NCBI GenBank assembly: GCA_965249725.1
Contig: OZ252251.1
Location: 160,001 to 224,000 of the forward strand
Source: Longimicrobiales bacterium
GTDB lineage: Bacteria; Gemmatimonadota; Gemmatimonadetes; Longimicrobiales; Gaopeijiaceae
DNA length: 64,000 nt
Direction: 5' to 3'
Shown here: piece by piece, positions 48,009-57,838 of the stretch
How the letters are laid out: each line of letters starts with the position of its first letter
Position numbering within the stretch: the stretch's first letter is position 1
Notes under the pieces: generated by a model
The model's database searches: none
What the model was told of the DNA's origin: nothing
The model's input: only the letters and a program-made list of their open reading frames with translations
Translations under genes and position numbers: made by a program

Positions 48009-49412
48009 TTGCCTCTAGGCCAGTCACTCGAAAAGCAGCTCAAGGCCATCGTCGGAGATGACTGGGTCATCTCCGATCCGGGTCGTCTCTTGGCCTACGA
48101 GTCGGACGGCCTTACCGCCTATCGGATGCCGCCCGTGGCTGTGGTCCTTCCGAAGGACACGGACGAAGTCACCCGTGTTCTACAGCTCCTCTCCAAAGAA
48201 GGTGTGCCCGTTGTGCCCCGCGGGGCGGGCACCGGCCTTTCCGGAGGCGCGCTCGCTGGAGAAAGCTCCGTGATCATCGGCACGGCCCGCATGAACCGGA
48301 TACTCGAGGTCGACGCCGAGAACCGCTTGGCCCTCGTTCAGCCGGGCGTCATCAACGCACACCTCACGGAGGCCGCGGCCCCCCACGGCTTGTACTACGC
48401 CCCCGACCCGTCCTCCCAGAGCGCCTGCACGCTCGGCGGCAACGTGGCGGAGAACTCGGGTGGGCCGCACTGCCTCAAGTACGGAGTCACCTCACGTTAT
48501 GTGACGGGCCTCACGATCGTGACCTATGAAGGACAGGTCTCCCGAATCGGGGGCTTCGGACGGGAGTCCGGCAGCTACGATCTGGTAGGCCTGTTCGTGG
48601 GTTCCGAGGGGTGCTTTGGCATCGCCACCGAGATCGAGGTCCGCCTTCTCCCGAAGCCGGAATCCGTTCGGACGCTCCTGGGGATCTTCGACAGTGTCGA
48701 GGAGGCCGGACGGGCCGTGACCCGAATCATCGCCGACGGATTGCTGCCGGCGGCGTTGGAGATCGTCGACGGGGCCACCATCCGGGCCGTCGAGGCCAGC
48801 GTGTACGCAGGTGGATACCCGGTCGACGCCGAAGCGGCGCTCGTCATCGAGTTCGATGGGGTGGAAGCCGGGCTGGCGGCCGACGTCGAGCGGTCGGTCG
48901 TCCACTGTCGAGAGGCCGGGGCGAGCGAGGTCCGTACTGCCGAGTCCGAAAAGGAGCGTTTGGCCCTCTGGCAGGGTCGAAAGAAGGCCTTCGGGGCCAT
49001 GGGACGTGTCGCCACGGATCTGCTCGTTCAGGATGCCACCGTCCCGAGGAGCCTACTGCCCGAGGTGCTTGGGGCGATCTCGGAGATCGGCGAACGGCAC
49101 GACCTGAAGATCGCCAACGTGTTCCACGCCGGGGACGGAAATCTCCACCCGAACATCCTCTTCGACCGAAACGACGCGGACGAGCTCGATCGCGTCGAAC
49201 AGGCCTCGAAGGAGATCATGGCCCTGTGCGTCGAGGCGGGAGGCACGATCACCGGAGAGCACGGGGTGGGCCTGGACAAGCGACGCTACATGTCGCTGGT
49301 GCACAGCCCGGACGAGCTGGAGGCGATGCGTCGGGTGAAGTCGGTGTTCGACCCCACCGGGAACATGAACCCGGGCAAGGTGCTCCCCGAATCGTTCGAG
49401 GCCGTGCCTTGA
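48009..49412 (+). CDS. glcD: Glycolate oxidase-like FAD subunit
   Basis: PRGAGTGLSGG, YAPDPSS, GGPHCLKYG, HAGDGNLH, TGEHGVG. Confidence 0.9.
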   Translation: MPLGQSLEKQLKAIVGDDWVISDPGRLLAYESDGLTAYRMPPVAVVLPKDTDEVTRVLQLLSKEGVPVVPRGAGTGLSGGALAGESSVIIGTARMNRILEVDAENRLALVQPGVINAHLTEAAAPHGLYYAPDPSSQSACTLGGNVAENSGGPHCLKYGVTSRYVTGLTIVTYEGQVSRIGGFGRESGSYDLVGLFVGSEGCFGIATEIEVRLLPKPESVRTLLGIFDSVEEAGRAVTRIIADGLLPAALEIVDGATIRAVEASVYAGGYPVDAEAALVIEFDGVEAGLAADVERSVVHCREAGASEVRTAESEKERLALWQGRKKAFGAMGRVATDLLVQDATVPRSLLPEVLGAISEIGERHDLKIANVFHAGDGNLHPNILFDRNDADELDRVEQASKEIMALCVEAGGTITGEHGVGLDKRRYMSLVHSPDELEAMRRVKSVFDPTGNMNPGKVLPESFEAVP

Positions 49413-50722
49413 ACCCGATCGCAGCCCTTCTCTCTAGCCAACTGCCCGAGGGCCAGGTGGTGGAGGGTTTCCGGGCCGAGACCTGGGCCGTATGCGACCG
49501 CGTCCCCCACGCGGTCGTCTTTCCCGAGGACGAGTACGAAGTGGCCAAGGTCCTTGGTATGGCCAGCGCCGAGGGGTGGCAGTGCGTGCCCAGCGGCAAG
49601 GGGACGTGGCTCCGAAGCGGGCAGCCGCCGGACGGAGTAGACGTCGTGCTCAGTACGACTCGGATGGACCGGGTGCTCGCCCATCAACCCGACGATCTGT
49701 TCATTCAGGCCGAGGCCGGTATCGGTCTGGATCTCTTGTCCCGGCGTGTTCTCGAGGGACGGCAGTGGCTCCCGCTCGACCCGCCGGGTGCGACGCGGGG
49801 GACGCTCGGGGCTACGGTCAGCACCGGGTCCGCCGGACCGCTCCAGGCCGGATTCGGCACCCCGAGAGACCACATCCTGGGGGCGACGTTGGTCACGGGA
49901 GACGGACGGGTCCTGCGTCTGGGTGGGAAGGTCGTCAAGAACGTCGCTGGCTTCGATCTTCTCAAGTTGGCCATCGGTAGTTGGGGTACGCTCGGGGTCG
50001 TCACGTCGGTGACGAGTCGGCTTCACCCCATGCCCGAGCTGGACCGAACCCTGTTGTTTCAGAGTTCCGACGTGGTTTCGGCCGCCCGGCTGGCCCGTGC
50101 CATCGCGGGATCTCCGGTGGCGCTCGCGGCGGTGGAGGTGTTGTCTCCCGGAGAGTGGGAGGGCGGCGATCAAGGCACCGTCCCACTGGTCGCGGTTCGG
50201 ATCATGGAGTCGCCCGCGGCGGCCGCGGTCGTGGACGCCACCGTGTGCGAGCGAGCGGACGAGTCCCCGATCATGCGCCTCGACGGGCAGGACTCCCATG
50301 CGATCTTCGAGAACGTCCGCGCCATGGAGGACGGGGCGGAACTGGTTCTTCGACTGAGTCTTCTTCCGTCCAGGTTGGCCGACCTCGTTGAGATGGCCCT
50401 GCCGCTGGGGGAGCTCGCCGATCCCGACGTCGGGTGGGGCATGCGCATGGCGGCCCATGTCCAGAGCGGTGTGCTTCGCCTCATGATCGCTCGTGTGCAT
50501 CGCCGAGAAGGATGGCTGGAGAGCGCGGTCGCCGCCCTGGCCGGTCTCCGCCTTTCTCTCGAGTCCGAGGGCGGGAGTGTCGTGATATCACAAGGGCCGA
50601 TCGAGGTCGTGCAAAGCATGGGCGCCTGGGGGGAGGCCGGTTCGGCCATGGATCTCATGCGAGGGCTTCAGAGGGAGTTCGATCCGGCATCGATCCTCAC
50701 CCCCGGCAGGTTGATCTCGTGA
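49409..50722 (+). CDS. glcE: Glycolate oxidase-like FAD-binding subunit
   Basis: GGKVVKNVAGFDL, GSWGTLG, FDPASILTPGR; TTGA overlap. Confidence 0.85.
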   Translation: MNPIAALLSSQLPEGQVVEGFRAETWAVCDRVPHAVVFPEDEYEVAKVLGMASAEGWQCVPSGKGTWLRSGQPPDGVDVVLSTTRMDRVLAHQPDDLFIQAEAGIGLDLLSRRVLEGRQWLPLDPPGATRGTLGATVSTGSAGPLQAGFGTPRDHILGATLVTGDGRVLRLGGKVVKNVAGFDLLKLAIGSWGTLGVVTSVTSRLHPMPELDRTLLFQSSDVVSAARLARAIAGSPVALAAVEVLSPGEWEGGDQGTVPLVAVRIMESPAAAAVVDATVCERADESPIMRLDGQDSHAIFENVRAMEDGAELVLRLSLLPSRLADLVEMALPLGELADPDVGWGMRMAAHVQSGVLRLMIARVHRREGWLESAVAALAGLRLSLESEGGSVVISQGPIEVVQSMGAWGEAGSAMDLMRGLQREFDPASILTPGRLIS

Positions 50723-52065
50723 CCGCGGTGGTGACTGGGCTTGCGACCGCCTTGAAGGCGCAGGAGGACCGCCTTCTCCCTTGCGTCCACTGTGGGTTCT
50801 GTCTGCCTGCGTGTCCCACCTACGTTCGGCTGGGAGACGAGAACGACTCGCCTCGTGGAAGGCTGCATCTGATGCGCGCCGTGGTCGAGGGAAGGCTCCC
50901 CGCCGCATCGGACGCGTTTCAGACTCACATCGACCGTTGTCTGGGGTGTCGGGCGTGTGAGCCGGTGTGCCCCTCGGGGGTCGAGTACGGCCTTCTGCTC
51001 GAGAGCGCTCGGGCGGCGGCCTTCGAGGCGCGCAAACCCAGGTTCTCCACGCGCGCACTCTTGGCTCTCTTCCGGCAGGGCGCTCTGCTACGCTGGAGCA
51101 TGGGGTTGGCGCGGATGGCTCGCGGTCTCGGGCTGGCGTGGATCGGGGCCAAGCTCGCTCCCAGGCCCCGGGCGTTCCACCCGGTGCGGTTCGGACTCGC
51201 GATGCTGGCGGCGAGCCGAGGATCGAGCCTGCGGGCCATGTCTCCGGCACTCCCGGCCTCCCCCACGCCAGTCCCGGCGGACGGCGTAGAGGCTGTCCCG
51301 GAGGTCCCCGAGCGTGAGCGCCCCATTCGCGTGGCCCTGCTCACCGGGTGTGTCCAGGCGGGTCTGTTCGGCCGCGTGAACGACGCCACGGAGCGCGTGC
51401 TGCGGGCCAACGGGTTCGAGGTCGTCACCATGCAGCGCCAGCAGTGCTGTGGAGCCTTGCACGCTCACGGGGGTGACGCCGAGAGCGCTCGCAAGCTGGC
51501 TCGGGCCAACGTCGATGCCTTCGTGCTCTCCAAGATCGACTTCGTGGCCGTGAACGCGGCGGGGTGCGGCACGGCGATGAAGGAGTATGGACACCTCCTG
51601 AGTGACGACCCGAAGTACGCCGACTCGGCGGCCCAGCTCGCGGCGGCCACGCGTGACGTCTCCGAGGTACTGGCCGAGGTCGGGATACGCCGTGGTGCTT
51701 CCGTGCCCCTTCGGGCCACGTACGATGCCGCCTGCCACCTCTGCCACGCGCAGCGCCTGGTAGAAGCGCCTCGTGCGATGCTCGACGCGATTCCCGATCT
51801 GGATCTCGTGCCGCTGCCCGGCGAGGACGAGTGCTGCGGTGGAGCGGGCATCTACGGGATGACCCACCCGGAGCTGGGCGGGCGGATCGGGTCGGACAAA
51901 GTGTCCGCGGTGGTGGAAACGGGAGCCGACGTGGTGACGACCGCCAACCCGGGCTGCATCATGCAGATCGGTGCCGGTCTGATGCTCCGGGGCTCCCGCA
52001 TCAAGGCCCTCCATCCGGTGGAGCTTCTCGACGAGAGCTACGAGCGAGCCGGTTTCTATCGATGA
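50719..52065 (+). CDS. glcF: Glycolate oxidase-like iron-sulfur subunit
   Basis: CVHCGFCLPACP, CLGCRACEPVCP, two CCG domains; GTGA overlap. Confidence 0.88.
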   Translation: MTAVVTGLATALKAQEDRLLPCVHCGFCLPACPTYVRLGDENDSPRGRLHLMRAVVEGRLPAASDAFQTHIDRCLGCRACEPVCPSGVEYGLLLESARAAAFEARKPRFSTRALLALFRQGALLRWSMGLARMARGLGLAWIGAKLAPRPRAFHPVRFGLAMLAASRGSSLRAMSPALPASPTPVPADGVEAVPEVPERERPIRVALLTGCVQAGLFGRVNDATERVLRANGFEVVTMQRQQCCGALHAHGGDAESARKLARANVDAFVLSKIDFVAVNAAGCGTAMKEYGHLLSDDPKYADSAAQLAAATRDVSEVLAEVGIRRGASVPLRATYDAACHLCHAQRLVEAPRAMLDAIPDLDLVPLPGEDECCGGAGIYGMTHPELGGRIGSDKVSAVVETGADVVTTANPGCIMQIGAGLMLRGSRIKALHPVELLDESYERAGFYR

Positions 52066-52096
52066 TGAGACCAGCCGTGAAGGAGTGGAGGCGCGT

Positions 52097-53269
52097 ATGA
52101 CGGATCCGATCGCCGGACGGATCGTGGATTTCATGTCGAATCATCGCACCGAGATGCTCGCGTTGTTGACCGACATGGCCATGCTCGAGTCGCCGTCCCT
52201 CGTTCCCGAGACCCAGCTGCCGGTACAGAACCTCGTGGAGCAGGCCCTCGCAGACTGTGGGTTCGAGGCGACCCGCTTTCCGGGTGAACGGACGGGGGGA
52301 CACATCGTCCTCACTCCTCGTGGCTACGAGGAGGGCCAGCGACCGATACAGGCTCTCCTCGGGCATACGGACACGGTGTGGCCTCTCGGTACCCTGAAGA
52401 GGATGCCCGTGGAGATCGATGAGGAGGGGGGCGTGGTTCGCGGCCCCGGCGTCTTCGACATGAAGGGGGGCGTCGTCCAGATGGTGTTCGCTCTCCGGGT
52501 ACTCGCCGAGCTGGGTCTACGACCCGAGGTGATACCCGTCGTCTTTCTGAACTCGGACGAAGAGATCGGCAGTCCCGAGTCACACGCGCCCATAGAACGC
52601 CTGGCCAAGACCGCGAGCCGGGTGCTGGTGATGGAGCCCGCACTCAGCCCCGACGGCCGGATCAAGACCACGCGCCGCGGCGTCGGGCAGTTCCGCATTC
52701 AGGTGGTCGGCAAGGCCTCGCACTCCGGCCTCGCTCCTGAAGAAGGGGCCAGCGCCATCCAAGAGATGTCCCATGTGATCCAGTTCCTCCATGGACTCAC
52801 CGACTGGGACAAGGGCATCGCCATGAATGTGGGCACCGTGTCCGGGGGGACTCGGGGCAACGTGGTGGCCGCCGAGTGTCGAGGCGAGTTGGACGTTCGC
52901 GTGACGACGATCGAGGACGCCCGCGCGGTGGAGGAGGCGATCCGGGGCCTGGCCGCCAGGACGCCAGGGACCCGAGTGGAGATCGAAGGCGCAGTCGATC
53001 GGGCCCCCATGGAGGCGACACCCCGCAATCGTGCACTTTGGGAGGCGGTACGGGGATGTGGGCTCGAGATGGGAGTGGAGTTGGTTCAGGGACTCTCGGG
53101 AGGTGCGTCGGACGGCAACATCACCAGCCTCCACACGGCCACGGTGGATGGGATGGGCGCCGTGGGTGACGGTGCCCACGCGGACCACGAGTACCTGGAG
53201 ATCGACAAGCTGCTTGAGCGGACGGCTCTGCTCGCGCTCACACTCCTGGTTCCCGCGCTGGACGGATAG
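52097..53269 (+). CDS. M20 family metallopeptidase (glutamate carboxypeptidase/desuccinylase-like)
   Basis: GHTDTV, GPGVFDMKGG, DEEIGS, GASDGN, GAHADHE. Confidence 0.9.
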   Translation: MTDPIAGRIVDFMSNHRTEMLALLTDMAMLESPSLVPETQLPVQNLVEQALADCGFEATRFPGERTGGHIVLTPRGYEEGQRPIQALLGHTDTVWPLGTLKRMPVEIDEEGGVVRGPGVFDMKGGVVQMVFALRVLAELGLRPEVIPVVFLNSDEEIGSPESHAPIERLAKTASRVLVMEPALSPDGRIKTTRRGVGQFRIQVVGKASHSGLAPEEGASAIQEMSHVIQFLHGLTDWDKGIAMNVGTVSGGTRGNVVAAECRGELDVRVTTIEDARAVEEAIRGLAARTPGTRVEIEGAVDRAPMEATPRNRALWEAVRGCGLEMGVELVQGLSGGASDGNITSLHTATVDGMGAVGDGAHADHEYLEIDKLLERTALLALTLLVPALDG

Positions 53270-53315
53270 CGTCTTCGGCTCCACATCTCAGCGGACATAA
53301 GGAGTATCCTTGTGT

Positions 53316-53409
53316 GTTGGCTATGCAACCACTTATATTGGTCGTGCAACTTCTTGAGAGATGGAAATCAGAAAGGTGTAGGTACAACTTACTTTGTTGC
53401 TAATGCAAT
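53316..53409. promoter_or_regulatory. Four GTTG-N6-CAAC-type palindromes, candidate MarR operators
   Basis: GTTGGCTATGCAAC 53316, ATTGGTCGTGCAAC 53337, GGTGTAGGTACAAC 53375, GTTGCTAATGCAAT 53396. Confidence 0.7.
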
Positions 53410-53420
53410 AAGAGGTGGCC

Positions 53421-53954
<534 letters not shown>

Positions 53955-53976
53955 GGCCTCGGGGGCCCGCCCCGAA

Positions 53977-54896
53977 CTAGCGGGGCCGCTCGATAAAGCT
54001 CACGAGGGCTTGCAGAAAGTAGGCACGCGGCGTCTCCAGAAAGGCCGCGTGATCCCCGCCCGGGACGACCACCCACTCGCGATCGGCCGTGGCAACCTGT
54101 GAGAGAAGGCCGCCTGCGCTTCCGTCGGGGCAAAGGGATCGTGCTCGCCCTGGATGAGGAGTGTGGGGACGATCACCTTGGCCGGATCCAGCTCGTTCCA
54201 TTCGTGGAGTCGCCGCCAGTCCACCCTGACGGGATCGGCCTCCAGCGCTCACCTCACGTATTCGTCGATGGCCGCCTGGCTGATCGTCCCGGGAAGAATG
54301 AAGTCGCTGGCGGCCGCTTCGGCGGTGGTGGGCTGCGCGGGTGGAGCCGGTGGATCGTCGGCGACCGCGAGCTCCGCCCCGGGAGACCAGGGATATCCGA
54401 ACAGGACCACCCCGGAAACCAGCTCAGGCCAGCGCTGGATGGTGAGTTGAGACACCATGGCTCCGTACGACCACCCGAAGAGCATGGGCCGCTCCCGCCG
54501 CCCGGTGCGTTCCCAGACGCGCTGGAGGACGGCCCTTAGGTCGCGGGCCGCCCGGTCGGGAGTCAACCAGCCCGTCTCGTCCCGCGGGGTGGCACCGTAC
54601 CCTCTCAGGTCGACGGCGAACGTTGCATAACCGGCGGCGATCAGCCCGTCCATGAGTGAGAGGTCCTCACCCGGCACCTGAAGATCGAAGTCCGGGAGTC
54701 CGCTCCACGTGCGCCCGTGGACCAGAACCACCACGCCCTTCGGGCTCGGACCCGCCTTCTCCCAGATGGCGATCGGATGACCACCCACCTCGGCGGTCCG
54801 GCGAATGGGTTCCTGGCTCTGGACGGACGCCGGGAGCAGCGTCAGGACCAACGCGAGGATCACAGACGAGTCGAACAGCCGGACCGAGGTAGTCAC
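53977..54896 (-). pseudogene. Secreted alpha/beta hydrolase with an in-frame TGA and a frameshift
   Basis: VHG, DLRGYG, GWSYG; TGA at 54249-54251; GEHDP in the same frame; GGDHAA only after a frame change near 54088-54110. Confidence 0.8.
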
Positions 54897-55029
54897 GACT
54901 CCTCCTTCAGGATGAGAACGCCGGCCTCGGGACAAGAGGTGGCTCGGCGGCAAGCTGGTCTCGCGCACCCGGCCGCCGCAAGTTGCCCCGAGCGAAACGC
55001 ACACGTCACGTCCAAAGGAGCCGCACGCG

Positions 55030-55860
55030 ATGGGGTCCGAGTTCACGATCCGCCCCTTCGAGACAATAGAGGAGTTCCGCGACTGCGTGCGTTTTCAGGA
55101 GGAGACCTGGGGCATGGGTTTCTCCGAGCGTGTCGCCGTAGCCATCCTCAAGGTGAGCCAGCGCTTGGGGGGTATCGCTTCGGGAGCCTACGACGAGAGC
55201 GGAGACCTGGCCGGGTTCGTCTACGGAATGACCGGGGTGGACGGCAGCGAGGTCATCCATTGGTCGGATATGCTCGCGGTCCGGCCCGGCCTTCAGAACA
55301 CCGGCTTGGGCGCTCGACTGAAGGCGTACCAGCGGGAGACGCTCCTGGCGCAGGGCATCACGAGGATGCACTGGACCTTCGATCCGCTGGAGTCCAAGAA
55401 CGCCCACCTCAACCTGAACAAGCTCGGTGCGGTGGCGAGCGAGTACGTCCAGGACATATACGGCCAGACCGACTCGCACCTCCACGCGGGCATCGGAACC
55501 GACCGGTTCGTCCCGACTTGGTGGATGGACTCGGAGCGGGTGGTGCAACGCCTGGTCGAGGGCCGTTCGGGCCCGGAGGTCGGGGGGGATGAGGGCGCTG
55601 TTCTGGCCTTCGCGGTGGTCGAGGAGGGCAGCCTGCTGCTCCCGGGCGAACCGGACCTCGCGCTCGATGCGCCCCGTATCCTCACGCCGATCCCCTCATC
55701 GATCCAGGACTTGAAGGCCGAGTCGCTAGAGGCGGCCGTGCGGTGGCGTCAGGCCACCCGGGCCGTATTGTCCGGCTACATCGAGCGGGGATACGAGGTG
55801 AGAGAGCTCTACCGCCGCGAAACCCATTCCGAGTACCTGCTGGTGTCGACCCACGAGTGA
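55030..55860 (+). CDS. GNAT family acyltransferase (probable amino-acid N-succinyltransferase)
   Basis: HWSDMLAV..GLGARLK.YQR..WTFDPL...NAHLNLNKLG, TDRF; adjacent to OSBS/NSAR. Confidence 0.82.
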   Translation: MGSEFTIRPFETIEEFRDCVRFQEETWGMGFSERVAVAILKVSQRLGGIASGAYDESGDLAGFVYGMTGVDGSEVIHWSDMLAVRPGLQNTGLGARLKAYQRETLLAQGITRMHWTFDPLESKNAHLNLNKLGAVASEYVQDIYGQTDSHLHAGIGTDRFVPTWWMDSERVVQRLVEGRSGPEVGGDEGAVLAFAVVEEGSLLLPGEPDLALDAPRILTPIPSSIQDLKAESLEAAVRWRQATRAVLSGYIERGYEVRELYRRETHSEYLLVSTHE

Positions 55861-55870
55861 GAGGAACCCT

Positions 55871-56971
55871 GTGAAGATAGATCGCATCGAGTTACGAGAG
55901 ATCCGCATGCAGCTCACCGAGCCGTTCGAGATATCGAGCGGCGTGGCCTACGACCGGCGGATCATGCTCCTCGCGTTGACGTGCGACGGCGTCACCGGTT
56001 GGGGCGAGTGCGTGGCGGGCGAGCACCCGGACTACTCGTACGAGACCATCCACACTGCGTGGCCGACCCTTACCGGACTGATTCTCCCGAAGATCCTGGG
56101 AGCCGAGGCGGAGACGGCCACGGGCCTGATCGATCCCATTCGGTGGATCCGTGGCCACAACATGGCCAAGGCCAGCGTCGAGATGGCCGCCAACGACCTC
56201 GAGGCCAAGCTGAAGGGGGTGCGCCTCGCAGATCAGGTCGGGGGGGCGCGCGAGGCGGTGAAGGTCGGGGTGAGCATCGGTCTTCAGCCCGACGACGAAG
56301 CGCTACATCGCAAGGTGGGCGACTTCATGGAACAGGGGTACTCGCGCATCAAGATCAAGATCAAGCCGGGACGCGACGTCGAGATGCTGACCGGCCTGCG
56401 GGAGCGTTTCCCGGACGTCCCGATGATGGTCGACGCGAACTCGGCGTACACGTTGGAGGACGCCCCGAGGTTGAAGGTGCTGGACGGTCTCGACCTCATG
56501 ATGATCGAGCAGCCGCTGGCCTACGACGACTACCGGGACCACGCTCGCCTGCAGGAGATGCTCGAATCACCGGTTTGCCTGGACGAGTCCATCCGATCGG
56601 TGCGTGATGCGGAGTTGGCGATCGAGATCGGCGCTTGTCGGATCATCAACATCAAGCCGGGGCGGGTAGGGGGCTTCGAGTCGTCCAAGGCGATTCACGA
56701 TGTGTGTCTGGCGAACGATATGCCCGTCTGGTGCGGCGGAATGCTCGAGTCCGGTGTGGGGCGCGCACACAACGTGGCACTCGCCACGCTTCCAGGATTC
56801 ACGCTTCCGGGAGACATCTCTTCGAGCCGTCGCTACTGGCACGAGGACGTCGTCGACCCCGAGTTCGTCATGGTGGATGGCGAAATGCATGTCCCCTCAG
56901 GGCCGGGCATCGGCGTCGAGATGAGGACGGATCTGGTCGAGGAACGAACGGTCCGGAAGGAGACGTTCTGA
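55871..56971 (+). CDS. menC: o-succinylbenzoate synthase / N-succinylamino acid racemase (enolase superfamily)
   Basis: KIKIKPG (KxK), DANSAY, EQP, DESI, NIKPGRVGG, CGGMLE, LPGD. Confidence 0.88.
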   Translation: MKIDRIELREIRMQLTEPFEISSGVAYDRRIMLLALTCDGVTGWGECVAGEHPDYSYETIHTAWPTLTGLILPKILGAEAETATGLIDPIRWIRGHNMAKASVEMAANDLEAKLKGVRLADQVGGAREAVKVGVSIGLQPDDEALHRKVGDFMEQGYSRIKIKIKPGRDVEMLTGLRERFPDVPMMVDANSAYTLEDAPRLKVLDGLDLMMIEQPLAYDDYRDHARLQEMLESPVCLDESIRSVRDAELAIEIGACRIINIKPGRVGGFESSKAIHDVCLANDMPVWCGGMLESGVGRAHNVALATLPGFTLPGDISSSRRYWHEDVVDPEFVMVDGEMHVPSGPGIGVEMRTDLVEERTVRKETF

Positions 56972-57083
56972 GCGGCATCAGGGATCCTCTCATGGACCCC
57001 GCGGCGCCGGATACGCGTATTGAGGGGAGAGGGACAGCCGGAGGTTAGGGGCAAGAGAGCCTACAACCGAGGGGGAGGCAGCC

Positions 57084-57803
57084 ATGATCATGCCCACGAT
57101 TCGTGCCTCACTGAGTCGTCGGGACGAGCGGCAGCTAGCGGCGCTCATCGGCCGTGACGACGCTGAGACTTCCGACGCAGCGCACCGCCGCCTCGACCAA
57201 CACGGGGTCGACAGCCTTCTGGATGATCCCCGGGTCCTGAACGGCCTCCTCACCGACCCCGAGGTTTCCGTCCCTCCCACCATCGTCTTCTACGTGCTGG
57301 TGCGGCAGGCCCTGCTGGAGGGGGGTATCGACGACCGCGGCACAGCCGACTATGTCGCATCGTTGGTCGCCGCGTTCGGACGTGCTCGCAGGGCGTATCG
57401 GATCTCGGCGGAGGATGGCGGCGAGTTCCACTACATGACGGACATGATTTCCGAGATGCGGACCGCCGGAGGGCGACGACGCTTCCTCCTGCGGGTGCAC
57501 CTTGGGGACTACGCTCTCTGGATGTCCGGGCTCTTCCCCGATTACCTGGAGGCACGGACTCGACGCAAGGGTGCTCCGCCGATCACGTACTTCGAGGAGC
57601 TGGGGGCCGACGGCTATCGGCGCGCGTCCGAGAGCCGAGAGGCCGAGGCACTGGGCATGAAGGCCGTGTTGCGCGGGATCTCCGACCGCTTCAAGGGGGT
57701 GCGCGTGGCGCTCAACCGGATCTCCGATCGCCACTTCTGGCCAAACGGTGGTGACCCGGTCGGTCGGCTGCTGCGAGAGGTGTCAGGCCAGCTAGAGGGC
57801 TGA
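57084..57803 (+). CDS. Hypothetical protein
   Basis: GGAGG RBS, 239 aa, globular composition (ADYVASL, HLGDYALWMSGLFPDY). Confidence 0.75.
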   Translation: MIMPTIRASLSRRDERQLAALIGRDDAETSDAAHRRLDQHGVDSLLDDPRVLNGLLTDPEVSVPPTIVFYVLVRQALLEGGIDDRGTADYVASLVAAFGRARRAYRISAEDGGEFHYMTDMISEMRTAGGRRRFLLRVHLGDYALWMSGLFPDYLEARTRRKGAPPITYFEELGADGYRRASESREAEALGMKAVLRGISDRFKGVRVALNRISDRHFWPNGGDPVGRLLREVSGQLEG

Positions 57804-57838
57804 GGCCGGCTAGAGGGCTGAGGCCCGCCGGAGGGCCG
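57785..57838. repeat. 18-bp tandem repeat AGGCCRGCTAGAGGGCTG x2 plus one degenerate copy, at convergent stop codons
   Basis: Read directly. Confidence 0.75.

Noticed and set aside
10380..50722. Apparent long N-terminal extensions in the ORF track (mnmG 10380, parA 15982, M14 22354, pdhB 30384, glcE 48611, glcF 50434)
   Set aside because: They overlap upstream genes or precede the conserved N-terminus; downstream starts with an RBS or stop-start overlap fit better
54249..54251. In-frame TGA as selenocysteine or readthrough
   Set aside because: It is not at a catalytic or Cys-like position, a frameshift follows, and TGA is the normal stop throughout the window
55871..56971. A menaquinone biosynthesis operon
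   Set aside because: No other men genes in the window; the GNAT/M20 context points to a racemase role
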